IMG/VR virus record: IMGVR_UViG_3300044640_001495
Location: 248,001 to 312,000 of that record
Reading direction: 5' to 3' (one strand)
Length of the DNA: 64,000 nucleotides
A program made the position numbers and the translations under genes. Positions 48,931 to 57,564 of this stretch are shown here, one piece after another. How positions within the stretch are numbered: the stretch's first letter is position 1; each line of letters starts with the position of its first letter. Below the pieces are notes generated by a model. The model was not told where the DNA came from. It searched no databases and saw only the letters and a list, made by a program, of their open reading frames with translations.

Positions 48931-49487
48931 ACTTTGATGCCTTTAGCAGTGCTCAGATACAGAGCAAGATTTGGCTCGTGGATCGATTAGAGCGTACACT
49001 TGAAGAACATAGACCTATTGAGGACGGTTATCGTATATGGATTTTAGCGGGATGGTATGCCTTGGCTAATTTTTTAATCCGTACTAGAAATAAAATACCT
49101 GTGCTGGAGGTCCGTAGCTTTGACCAAGATCCCGCATGTGAACCTATAGCAGAGGCCATCAACAATCTATGGGTCTATCGAGCTTGGGAATTCAAGGCAC
49201 ATACCGTTGACATCAATCTGTTGGAATATAAACCAAGACCAGATGTGATTATAAATTCCAGTGTTGAGCACATGACTTCGAGTCAATGGTACGCAAATAT
49301 CCCAGCGGGCACAGTGGTATGTCTACAGGCCAGCGATATGCTAGATGAGGATCATGTTAATTCTATGTCCAGTATCAAGGACCTAATGCTAAAGTACCCC
49401 ATGAGCGAACAGCTCTACGATGGCATTAAAAGATTTGAATTTGAAGACAAGGCCTTTAATCGAGTAATGATTATTGGCATCAAGTAG
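48927..49487 (+). CDS. class I SAM-methyltransferase-like protein, substrate unknown
   Basis: ILAGWY (motif I-like), RSFDQD, DVIINSSVEH. Confidence 0.6.
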   Translation: MNFDAFSSAQIQSKIWLVDRLERTLEEHRPIEDGYRIWILAGWYALANFLIRTRNKIPVLEVRSFDQDPACEPIAEAINNLWVYRAWEFKAHTVDINLLEYKPRPDVIINSSVEHMTSSQWYANIPAGTVVCLQASDMLDEDHVNSMSSIKDLMLKYPMSEQLYDGIKRFEFEDKAFNRVMIIGIK

Positions 49488-49851
49488 CCCGTCTAACCAA
49501 TGTGATTGATTTGCGCTTGATACGTTTTACAATGATATTATTAAGGCTGGTACAGGGACCAAATAACACCTTGACATCTTTGGTTGAAAAGTTTTTGATG
49601 GTGTATCGGAAAGCATAAATTTCTTTAAGTAAAAATATATTAATAGGAATCTGTCTATTTGATTCCCACCACCAAACTTCTCCTAGTTCTAAGAATTTTG
49701 CTTTTTCTTCTTCAGTTTTGATGTGTGCATAGTCATACATGCTGGTGATAGCAGAATCTTGGTTGATTATGATACCCACATATTCCTGATCAACGTGGGT
49801 TACAACACTGATAAAAGGAAAGTTTTCTTGTAAGTTATGTGTGATTCTCAT
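49480..49851 (-). CDS. hypothetical protein
   Basis: Protein-like (LGEVWWWESNRQIPINIFL); divergent from 49881. Confidence 0.65.
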   Translation of the reverse strand: MRITHNLQENFPFISVVTHVDQEYVGIIINQDSAITSMYDYAHIKTEEEKAKFLELGEVWWWESNRQIPINIFLLKEIYAFRYTIKNFSTKDVKVLFGPCTSLNNIIVKRIKRKSITLVRRAT

Positions 49852-49880
49852 AGATAAATAGTGTAAAGGTCCGCTAGTGT

Positions 49881-50693
49881 ATGCAACTTATTTCAGTTTA
49901 TTTATATCCAAACAAGATAGACGTATTTACAAATACGTTAGCCGCCTGGCAAACAGAGAGGTATCGTAGAGTGTATAATCGCAACTTAAAAATCCATCGA
50001 GGTGTCGATAACAGAATAGACCTGCAGGTGCGTAATTCTGACCAGAAGGCCCAAGACATAACAGGATCATATCTAGTTTTCAATCTAGTGAATAGAGAAT
50101 CTAAAGAACTCATACTGCAAAAGGATTGTGTAATTCAGAGTGCGTCGAGCGGCAAGGCATATGTTATTTTATACAATTCGGAATTGAGAGACATCGAACC
50201 TGGCTTTTATCAATACTCTGTAAACACCGAGACACGAACGCTTGATGGTGATGCACATGTGACCACGGCTAAAAACTCCTTGTATATAGATAGTCAGTAT
50301 GGCGCATTTAGCCCCATAGAAATCACTGGGGATGTATTCGGAGAACCAGTTGATAGTCTAGTAATAAAAGAATTTAAAAATTATCAACCTTACGACCCCG
50401 GCACATCATTATACTATATCAGTGGTATTATTGATGCACAACCCCAGTACGGTACTCCGCAGAGTCTGCATACATTCCAAATCAACATGTCCAATTACAT
50501 TGGCGATATCATCATTCAGGGCAGTCAAAGTGCAGGCGGAAATCCTGAACGCTGGGTTGATCTAGAAACTATAAGTGCCATGCAGGATCCTGTTCTTTAT
50601 CAAAACATCACTGGCAAATTCAATTGGTTTAGAATCAAATATATTCCGGATTTATCAAACACAGGAAAAGTTGACAGCGTACTATATAGATAG
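49881..50693 (+). CDS. hypothetical beta-sandwich protein, possibly structural
   Basis: Late promoter GATAAATA at 49853-49860; Ig/jelly-roll-like strand pattern. Confidence 0.55.
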   Translation: MQLISVYLYPNKIDVFTNTLAAWQTERYRRVYNRNLKIHRGVDNRIDLQVRNSDQKAQDITGSYLVFNLVNRESKELILQKDCVIQSASSGKAYVILYNSELRDIEPGFYQYSVNTETRTLDGDAHVTTAKNSLYIDSQYGAFSPIEITGDVFGEPVDSLVIKEFKNYQPYDPGTSLYYISGIIDAQPQYGTPQSLHTFQINMSNYIGDIIIQGSQSAGGNPERWVDLETISAMQDPVLYQNITGKFNWFRIKYIPDLSNTGKVDSVLYR

Positions 50694-50699
50694 TATACT
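50671..50699 (+). promoter_or_regulatory. sigma70-type promoter TTGACA-N17-TATACT, 6 nt before the primase ATG
   Basis: Near-perfect boxes; no SD. Confidence 0.8.
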
Positions 50700-50705
50700 G
50701 TATGT

Positions 50706-51728
50706 ATGACTCTTGTTCTTGATAAGTTTAGAACTCTCCTTCCTTCAAAATTAAAGACCAGTCCCAGCGGCTGGATTAGTTTCAATGCTCCTTGCTGTCA
50801 GCATAGAGGTCATGCACACGACACTAGAAAGCGTGGCGGTATTATTATTACAGACAGTGTTGTCTATAATTGTTTCAATTGCAAATATTCTACAGGTTGG
50901 AAACCCGGCTCCCCAATCACTGCTAAATTTAAAAGTCTTTGTCAATGGTTAGGCGCCAATGACGACGATATCAAGCAGTTGATATTTGAAGCGATGAAAA
51001 CCGAATCTACAGAATATCAACCAGAAGCATTTGTAGAAAAACCCACATTCACAGAAAAGCCCTTGCCCGAAGGTGCATTACCTTTAATTGAATGGTTGGA
51101 TTCTCAATTGACTGATGTTCAAGAACAACAGTTGATCAAGGCGGTAGAATATGTGGTAGGTAGAGGCTACGATCCGTTGAGCGATCACTTCTTCTGGAGT
51201 CCAGAAGCAGGCTATGCAGATCGTGTCATCATTGCTTTCAAATATCTTGGAAAAATTGTAGGCAACACAGCACGTAAAGTCACAGACGGAAAGCCCAAGT
51301 ATTTGTCCGATCAACATCCATTCTTTGTGTTCAACGTTGACGAACAATGTGAGGCACATAGATATCTGTTTGTGGTAGAAGGCCCATTTGACGCTATCAG
51401 CGTCGGCGGGGTGGCCTTGCTCACTAATGAAATCTCCGACCAACAGGCTCGGATAATTAACAGTATAGGCAAAGAAGTGATTGTGATCCCAGATCAAGAT
51501 AAAGCAGGCACGTTTCTAATAGATCAAGCTAAAGAACTAGGTTGGTCAATTGCATTTCCAACTTGGGATGACTCTGTGAAAGATTGTGCAGACGCTGTGA
51601 AAAAATATGGCAAACTATTTGTTGTTGTTGATGCTATAAAAACAGCAACGGCAAATCCTGCAAAGATTGAAATTGAAAAAAGAAAGATGCTAAACAAGAT
51701 AGCAGTATTGGAGAATCAAAATGATTAA
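50706..51728 (+). CDS. DNA primase, DnaG/T4 gp61-like
   Basis: Zn finger CCQH..CFNC; TOPRIM VEGPFDA and PDQD; KDCAD. Confidence 0.88.
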   Translation: MTLVLDKFRTLLPSKLKTSPSGWISFNAPCCQHRGHAHDTRKRGGIIITDSVVYNCFNCKYSTGWKPGSPITAKFKSLCQWLGANDDDIKQLIFEAMKTESTEYQPEAFVEKPTFTEKPLPEGALPLIEWLDSQLTDVQEQQLIKAVEYVVGRGYDPLSDHFFWSPEAGYADRVIIAFKYLGKIVGNTARKVTDGKPKYLSDQHPFFVFNVDEQCEAHRYLFVVEGPFDAISVGGVALLTNEISDQQARIINSIGKEVIVIPDQDKAGTFLIDQAKELGWSIAFPTWDDSVKDCADAVKKYGKLFVVVDAIKTATANPAKIEIEKRKMLNKIAVLENQND

Positions 51729-51837
51729 AAAAATATTAGATTTTATTTTATATCCGTGGCACAAGTATCAAGAACGCAAGGCATGGAAAAAACGTTTAGA
51801 AGAATTGCGTAAACGTGATCCATTTATCTACAAATGA
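51721..51837 (+). CDS. 38-aa peptide ending KRDPFIYK (absent from the ORF track)
   Basis: MIKKILDFILYPWHKYQERKAWKKRLEELRKRDPFIYK*; GGAGA SD upstream; ATGA overlap with the carbamoyltransferase start. Confidence 0.75.
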   Translation: MIKKILDFILYPWHKYQERKAWKKRLEELRKRDPFIYK

Positions 51838-52775
51838 TCATGTGGGGGGTAAATGCCCTTAATCATGGAAGTAGTCTTGCTGTATTCAAGGACGGCAGTC
51901 TGTGGTCCAATCAAGTGGGTTCTTCGGATGAATTAGACAGCAAAATAATTACCGATGCCCTGCATCTTGGAGCACCAGATCGTATCTTTTGGTACGAACG
52001 ACCCTGGATAAAGAAAGCAAGACAGGCATACGCAGGACAGTGGCATCGTGCCTTAGATATGAAGGTACTTCCACGTAGATATATGAAAGCGCAACATTAT
52101 GCTCCGATCACTTATACACCGCATCATGGTAGTCATGCAGCCGCAGGCTACTATACCAGTCCTTTTAATCATTGTGCTATTGTGGTACTCGACGCCATAG
52201 GTGAATTTGAATGTGCTACCATATGGGAAGGCCTACACGGAGAAATGCGCAAAGTGTGGAGCAGAAGTTATCCTAATAGTCTAGGGCTATTCTATAGCGC
52301 ATTTACTAACTTGTTAGGAATGACTCCAATACAAGACGAATATCTATTGCAACAAATGGCTAAGAAGGGCGACCCACATCGTTATAAACATGATGTTCAC
52401 AAATACATGAGCGGACTATTAATCTCTGGTAAGAACATGCACAAGGGCATCCTCGATTGGCCGCATGACATTGGAAATGAACAAGACCGTTACGATATTG
52501 CTGCCGCAGTTCAACGAGTGTTTGAAGATCAAATCCGTATGGTTATGCTAGAAGCTAAGAAATTAGTCAACACTGACTGTCTAGTTTATATGGGCGGTTG
52601 TGCTATGAATTCAGATGCTAATAAACGATTTGTGGAACCTGCATTTAAGTACAGGTGGAGTTTACCTAATCCAGGAGATCCATCTAGTTCTATCGGAGCA
52701 GTCTTGTATCACACTAAACAACGAGAGTGGAAATACAACTTTGGTGTTGCAAAGCACCTAGCAATTAGTGTATAA
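51834..52775 (+). CDS. carbamoyltransferase, Kae1-like N-terminal domain only
   Basis: NHGSS, HHGSHAAAGYYTSPF, LDAIGE, SLGLFY, MGGCAMN, PGDPSSSIGA; no GPRALG/YrdC-like domain follows. Confidence 0.85.
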   Translation: MIMWGVNALNHGSSLAVFKDGSLWSNQVGSSDELDSKIITDALHLGAPDRIFWYERPWIKKARQAYAGQWHRALDMKVLPRRYMKAQHYAPITYTPHHGSHAAAGYYTSPFNHCAIVVLDAIGEFECATIWEGLHGEMRKVWSRSYPNSLGLFYSAFTNLLGMTPIQDEYLLQQMAKKGDPHRYKHDVHKYMSGLLISGKNMHKGILDWPHDIGNEQDRYDIAAAVQRVFEDQIRMVMLEAKKLVNTDCLVYMGGCAMNSDANKRFVEPAFKYRWSLPNPGDPSSSIGAVLYHTKQREWKYNFGVAKHLAISV

Positions 52776-52776
52776 T
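52747..52776 (+). promoter_or_regulatory. sigma70-type promoter TTGCAA-N18-TATAAT, 7 nt before the ATG
   Basis: Perfect -10, weaker -35. Confidence 0.55.
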
Positions 52777-52783
52777 AAAATAT

Positions 52784-53401
52784 ATGTTTTATTATAATAA
52801 GAAATATCAAACAGGTGATCAATGGCTAATTGATACAGAATATACCAAGTATCAAGACCTATTGCCACTGGTTGAATCAAATCCCAATACTGAATACAGC
52901 AACGAAACTGTGGCGTTTAATGCTAGACAGTACCCATTGTGGAGTGATCCTGTGGTTGCACAGACAGTGAGACACAAACAATTTCTTGATAACTATGTTC
53001 AACACCCCGCTTGGGAAGAAGCAACACATGGTATATTCGAATGGACCAAGCGACGATTAAAAAGAAATAAAATTGACCTAAATTTTGTGCCAACTATTTC
53101 ATGGAGCATGGAATATGCCGCAGGCGGCTGGCAAAGCATGCATACACACGACAACGATTGTGTTACACAGATATTCTATTTAGATGGAGAAATAAACCAA
53201 GACCCAAATGTTAGTGCAAAAGAAAATGCATGGGGGTCTATGTATGCTTTTTTAACTAAAGGCGATAAACCATTATACAAATCATTTAGCAGTTGGGCAG
53301 GCCGTTGCATAATACTTCGTGGCGATATTTTCCACGGTGTTTATCCTATAAAAACATTGCCACGCAGAACAATTATTATGGATTATAAAGTGATACGATG
53401 A
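52784..53401 (+). CDS. 2OG-Fe(II) oxygenase superfamily protein
   Basis: WSMEYAAGGWQSMHTHD, IFYL, FHGVYP, RRTIIMD (HxD/H...H...R). Confidence 0.75.
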   Translation: MFYYNKKYQTGDQWLIDTEYTKYQDLLPLVESNPNTEYSNETVAFNARQYPLWSDPVVAQTVRHKQFLDNYVQHPAWEEATHGIFEWTKRRLKRNKIDLNFVPTISWSMEYAAGGWQSMHTHDNDCVTQIFYLDGEINQDPNVSAKENAWGSMYAFLTKGDKPLYKSFSSWAGRCIILRGDIFHGVYPIKTLPRRTIIMDYKVIR

Positions 53402-54834
53402 TAAAGACCTACGACTACGAAGTACAAAAATTATATCTTGAACTCATGCTGGCAGATGCCGAAGTATTTGTGCGCTGCCAAGGTATATTTGATCATTCAT
53501 TGTTTGACCGAAAACTACAGGATGCAGCAGAATTTATTCATGAATATGCCAAGGGCTATAATGTACTGCCAGACTATGAAATGGTCAATGCATCGTGCCG
53601 CACTGATATGAAACGTCCAGAAGATCTTAAAGAAGGTCACATGGACTGGTTCATGGATGAGTTTGAGAAGTTTACTCAACACAAGGCTCTTGAACGTGCA
53701 ATTATACAATCAGCTGATCTATTAGAAAAACATGACTATGGTGCAGTGGAAGTATTAATTAAAGAAGCTGTACAGATTGGACTTGCCCGAGATATGGGCA
53801 CAGACTACTTTGCTGATCCTCGTGGCCGATTGATGGGCATCAAAGACAAGAATGGACAGGTGAGCACAGGTTGGCCCTGTATGGATCGTAAGTTATTTGG
53901 TGGATTTAATCGTGGTGAACTAAACATCTTTGCCGGTGGATCCGGCGCAGGTAAAAGTTTGTTCTTGGCTAACTTGGGTGTGAACTGGGCATTGATGGGT
54001 CTTAATGTGGTCTATCTAACTCTTGAACTTTCAGAAGCACTGGTCAGTATGCGTATTGATGCAATGATAACAGGAACATCAACTAAAGACATTTTTAAAG
54101 ATCTAGATGATGTTGAAATGAAAGTTAAAATGATCGGCAAGAAGTCGGGCATGCTACAGATAAAATACATGCCCTCAGGCAAGACTGCCAACGACATTCG
54201 TGCATACCTGAAAGAATATGAAATTAAAGTAGGCAAAAAAGTAGACGTACTGTTAGTTGACTACTTAGACTTGTTAATGCCTGTAAGTAAAAAGATCAGC
54301 CCGGCTGACTTATTCATCAAAGACAAGTATGTGTCAGAAGAACTTCGTAATCTAGCAGTGGAGAAGAACTGTGTGTTCGTTACTGCGGCACAGTTAAATC
54401 GTGGTGCTGTAGAAGAAGTTGAATTTGATCACAGTCACATCTCGGGTGGTTTGAGCAAGATTCAAACGGCAGATAATGTGTTTGGTATCTTTACCAGTCG
54501 AGCTATGCGTGAACGTGGTCGCTATCAATTGCAGTTGATGAAGACACGGTCAAGTAGTGGGGTAGGCATGAAGATTGATCTAGAGTTCAATCTAGAAAGT
54601 TTAAGAATCAGTGACCTACCCGAGGACGAACAAGAAAATAACGGTGCAACAAGCAGAGGTAGTTCTAGTATAATTGAGTCAATCAAGGCTCGTAGTACTA
54701 TTCAAGGACGCATCGATGAAGATGGTGTTATACAAGATCCAACTCAAGGTGTTGGTCTAGGCAAGGTTCGTGCCAATGTTGAATCAAGTAAGATGCGTGA
54801 GATTTTAAACAAGCAGTTTGGCGATGAAGACTAA
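53398..54834 (+). CDS. replicative DnaB-like helicase, T4 gp41-like
   Basis: GGSGAGKS, LTLELSE, VDYLDL, TAAQLNR, ADNVF, MKTRSS. Confidence 0.93.
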   Translation: MIKTYDYEVQKLYLELMLADAEVFVRCQGIFDHSLFDRKLQDAAEFIHEYAKGYNVLPDYEMVNASCRTDMKRPEDLKEGHMDWFMDEFEKFTQHKALERAIIQSADLLEKHDYGAVEVLIKEAVQIGLARDMGTDYFADPRGRLMGIKDKNGQVSTGWPCMDRKLFGGFNRGELNIFAGGSGAGKSLFLANLGVNWALMGLNVVYLTLELSEALVSMRIDAMITGTSTKDIFKDLDDVEMKVKMIGKKSGMLQIKYMPSGKTANDIRAYLKEYEIKVGKKVDVLLVDYLDLLMPVSKKISPADLFIKDKYVSEELRNLAVEKNCVFVTAAQLNRGAVEEVEFDHSHISGGLSKIQTADNVFGIFTSRAMRERGRYQLQLMKTRSSSGVGMKIDLEFNLESLRISDLPEDEQENNGATSRGSSSIIESIKARSTIQGRIDEDGVIQDPTQGVGLGKVRANVESSKMREILNKQFGDED

Positions 54835-55060
54835 AAAAGTAGAGTTGTATAAATGGTTAGATAGCGAGGGCGAAAACATTGAAATTGATTGGCCCAAAGT
54901 GCATAAAACGCTAGGATTAGATCATACCAATTGGTTGTTAACGCAACCTGAAGATCAATGTCAAATAGTATTAGAAAAAAACGACATGTATTGTCGTTTA
55001 GTAGCAGAATTCTACAACGATCATGTACTAACACATTATCATTTAATGTGGGCTAAATAG
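54824..55060 (+). CDS. hypothetical protein
   Basis: Overlaps the helicase stop; protein-like. Confidence 0.6.
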   Translation: MKTKKVELYKWLDSEGENIEIDWPKVHKTLGLDHTNWLLTQPEDQCQIVLEKNDMYCRLVAEFYNDHVLTHYHLMWAK

Positions 55061-55063
55061 TAG

Positions 55064-55774
55064 ATGCGTCTAAGAGAATTACACGAACGATCAGATATAA
55101 TCACAGTTAATCGCCGTCTCAATCCCAAGATATGGAACGGTGATGCACTCGACCCAGCGGTGGCACAAAAACTCAAAGAAATTGCCGATGCATTTCAAGA
55201 GTTTATCGGCATTGATCTTGATGTAGTAGATTATACAATTACAGGATCAAATGCCAACTATACCTGGACCGAGCATTCAGACCTAGATCTGCATCTTATT
55301 GTTCAAGGTGAAGTAGATGATGCTGCTAGAGAACTATTCAATGCCAAAAAGGCACTCTGGGGCGAACAACACAATATCACCATCAAAGGTCTTCCTGTTG
55401 AATGTTATGTTCAGGGCAAAGAAGAAGAACACCACAGTACCGGAGTGTATAGCATAGCTGACAATCAATGGCTGGTCGAACCAAAGAAAATAAAACCAGA
55501 AGTAGATGACAGTGCTGTGGAAGCTAAAAAAGATTCAGTCATCCACGACATTGAAACTGCTCTATTAAGTAAAGATCTCAACCGCTTGAGACTAGTAAAA
55601 GAAAAGATCACTAAAATGCGTCAGGCAGGACTGGAACGTGCGGGCGAGTGGTCAGTAGAAAACCTAGTTTTCAAAATACTTCGAAACCTAGGTCTTATTG
55701 ATGAAATTACAGATAAAATTCGCGAACTAGAAGATCAAGAGCTGAGTCTAGAACAGGCCCAGTCTTTAGATTAA
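55064..55774 (+). CDS. DNA polymerase beta-superfamily nucleotidyltransferase
   Basis: ITGSNANY, SDLDLH (GS...DxD), PVECYVQ (third acidic), ENLVFKILR; late promoter GCTAAATA 4 nt upstream. Confidence 0.82.
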   Translation: MRLRELHERSDIITVNRRLNPKIWNGDALDPAVAQKLKEIADAFQEFIGIDLDVVDYTITGSNANYTWTEHSDLDLHLIVQGEVDDAARELFNAKKALWGEQHNITIKGLPVECYVQGKEEEHHSTGVYSIADNQWLVEPKKIKPEVDDSAVEAKKDSVIHDIETALLSKDLNRLRLVKEKITKMRQAGLERAGEWSVENLVFKILRNLGLIDEITDKIRELEDQELSLEQAQSLD

Positions 55775-55905
55775 TCGATCTTATAACAGTCGTAGACATC
55801 CCAAGCGTATATAGAGTAAACTGAAAATCTCACAGCTTGCTCTAGTGTTGAGAATGTTTTAGATCTCAACTGCCCTGTGGCCAAATAGTATTTGAGTCGC
55901 CACAT
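55771..55905 (-). CDS. 44-aa hypothetical protein (absent from the ORF track)
   Basis: MWRLKYYLATGQLRSKTFSTLEQAVRFSVYSIYAWDVYDCYKID*; TAATG-coupled to the Bax-inhibitor gene; stop overlaps the NTase stop. Confidence 0.65.
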   Translation of the reverse strand: MWRLKYYLATGQLRSKTFSTLEQAVRFSVYSIYAWDVYDCYKID

Positions 55906-56600
55906 TAATCTTTCTTAATGCCAAACAACTGTAGTAGGTTGATAAACAGATTGATAAAGTCCATGTAGAGAGTTAATGCGCCCATAACTTCTTCACGACC
56001 TGTATCGCCATCTACTGAAACCATTTCACGAATCTTCTGTGTGTCGTAGGCAGTTAGACCCAGAAACACAATGATAGCAATAGCTGAGATCACCATCTGC
56101 ATCACTGTTGAACCAATAAAGATATTGATTATACTTGCAATGATGATAGCAATCAATCCCACAAACATGAACTTGCCCATGCTGTCAAGACTCTGTTTGG
56201 TAAAGTAGCCATAACCACTCATTACAGCAAACAGTATACCTGCTGACATAAATGCCGATACAATTGATCCCATGGTGAACACCGCAAAGATTGTGGCAAA
56301 GCTCAAACCCATTAGAGCCGCAAACGCATATAAAAATAGTTGTAGTTGCCCTTTATTAAAATGCTGGGCAGCAAAAGCAAATGCCAGGATGACTACCAAG
56401 GGTGAAAAAATCACAATCCATTTCATTGCACCCGTAAAAAAGAACTGCAACAATTCTGGGCTAGAGCCCACAAAGTAACTCACAATCATGCTTACAATAA
56501 CAGCAAGACTCATATGTCCGTAGACACGGCCCATTGCTGAGTTTACTTCTTCTGCTGAGCGGTAGTCTGTGATACCACCTGTATAATTTGTTCCAAACAT
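55905..56600 (-). CDS. Bax inhibitor-1 / YccA (TMBIM) family membrane protein
   Basis: About 7 hydrophobic helices; GLTAYDTQKI, ALTLYMDFINLFINLLQL; AGGAGG SD. Confidence 0.92.
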   Translation of the reverse strand: MFGTNYTGGITDYRSAEEVNSAMGRVYGHMSLAVIVSMIVSYFVGSSPELLQFFFTGAMKWIVIFSPLVVILAFAFAAQHFNKGQLQLFLYAFAALMGLSFATIFAVFTMGSIVSAFMSAGILFAVMSGYGYFTKQSLDSMGKFMFVGLIAIIIASIINIFIGSTVMQMVISAIAIIVFLGLTAYDTQKIREMVSVDGDTGREEVMGALTLYMDFINLFINLLQLFGIKKD

Positions 56601-56623
56601 AAAAATCCTCCTAGGTATAGTAC

Positions 56624-56652
56624 AGTATACACTATTATTATTTATTTGTCAA
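56624..56652 (-). promoter_or_regulatory. sigma70-type promoter TTGACA-N17-TATACT for the BI-1 gene
   Basis: Preceded by GG like the other early promoters. Confidence 0.75.
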
Positions 56653-57517
56653 CCTGTCCTGTGTATATCTTGCGACGTTTTGCCCAAGGTAATACGGGCC
56701 TGTATCTGTCACGATGTTCTAGATTTGATCGTACAGTGGCCACGTCTAATTCTTTGAAAATAAAGTCATCGTCTTTAAGCGCATTGTTTTTGATCAAGCC
56801 TTTGACAAATCCTTCTGTAAGGTCTAGCTGAGTGTCTGTGAGAAGACTGTGAACCAATTTATCCGCTAGAATTTTGTGATTGCTTAGGCACATGTGATTG
56901 TATCTGCCATCGAGTCCGTACCAAAATTTAGCATCAAGATCTGCCGTGATATCTTCAAATTCCCATTGTTGCACATCATCCATCAGTACGCCCTTGGCCC
57001 AATTGATTTCCTGCCAGGTTTCAGCTTGATCCACATCCTGCCCAAAGCATTTCATTATTATAGGTCTGTTGAGTTTTTTCTTTAGAGTCTGATAGGCAAG
57101 ATAGCCCATGCGATTGTTGATGTGTATGAGATCTAATCTAACTCGTTGAATATAACGTATGTAATACTCAATGGCTTTGGCTTCATCCTTGGTGACAAAA
57201 CTGTCCAAATCAATGATGTTGCTGTTGGTCATTTCGGGTAGTCTATCTAGGAACCAAAATCTACTGGGATGCGTTAGAGCTATGACAATGTAGTCATTTT
57301 CTGTAATTCTATGTTCTAACAAATGCTGCAGAACGTCCCAACAGTAGTCTTGAGCACAGCCCATGATGCTGAGATTTTCTAAAACAACATCATGCCCCAA
57401 TTGTTGTTTAAGTCCACGAGCCACCTGTTGTGGCCAAGTCACTGTGGTGTCTTCGGGTTTGGGCGGTACAGAAAAACTGTCACCGATCACATATAGTGTA
57501 GAGTATTTGTTGGTCAT
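56642..57517 (-). CDS. SGNH/GDSL-like protein, paralogue A
   Basis: YVIGDSFS, NLSIMGCAQ, DGRYNHMCLSNH. Confidence 0.65.
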   Translation of the reverse strand: MTNKYSTLYVIGDSFSVPPKPEDTTVTWPQQVARGLKQQLGHDVVLENLSIMGCAQDYCWDVLQHLLEHRITENDYIVIALTHPSRFWFLDRLPEMTNSNIIDLDSFVTKDEAKAIEYYIRYIQRVRLDLIHINNRMGYLAYQTLKKKLNRPIIMKCFGQDVDQAETWQEINWAKGVLMDDVQQWEFEDITADLDAKFWYGLDGRYNHMCLSNHKILADKLVHSLLTDTQLDLTEGFVKGLIKNNALKDDDFIFKELDVATVRSNLEHRDRYRPVLPWAKRRKIYTGQVDK

Positions 57518-57564
57518 ACAGTAGTTAGCTGCAGGGCATGGTCAGTGACAAAAAACTTGAAACT

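Noticed and set aside
48927-49487. Classical DNA cytosine or adenine methyltransferase
   Set aside because: No PC, ENV or (D/N)PP(Y/F) catalytic motif is present; substrate left open.
51834-53401. Frameshift hiding the carbamoyltransferase C-terminal domain
   Set aside because: The downstream sequence encodes a distinct oxygenase with its own promoter, and no GPRALG or NTSFN motif appears in the nearby ORF translations.
55775-55905. ncRNA suggested by two hairpins (TGTGGC..GCCACA, GTTGAGA..TCTCAAC)
   Set aside because: The interval is exactly filled by a TAATG-coupled 44-aa ORF; the hairpins are more simply coding-region structure.
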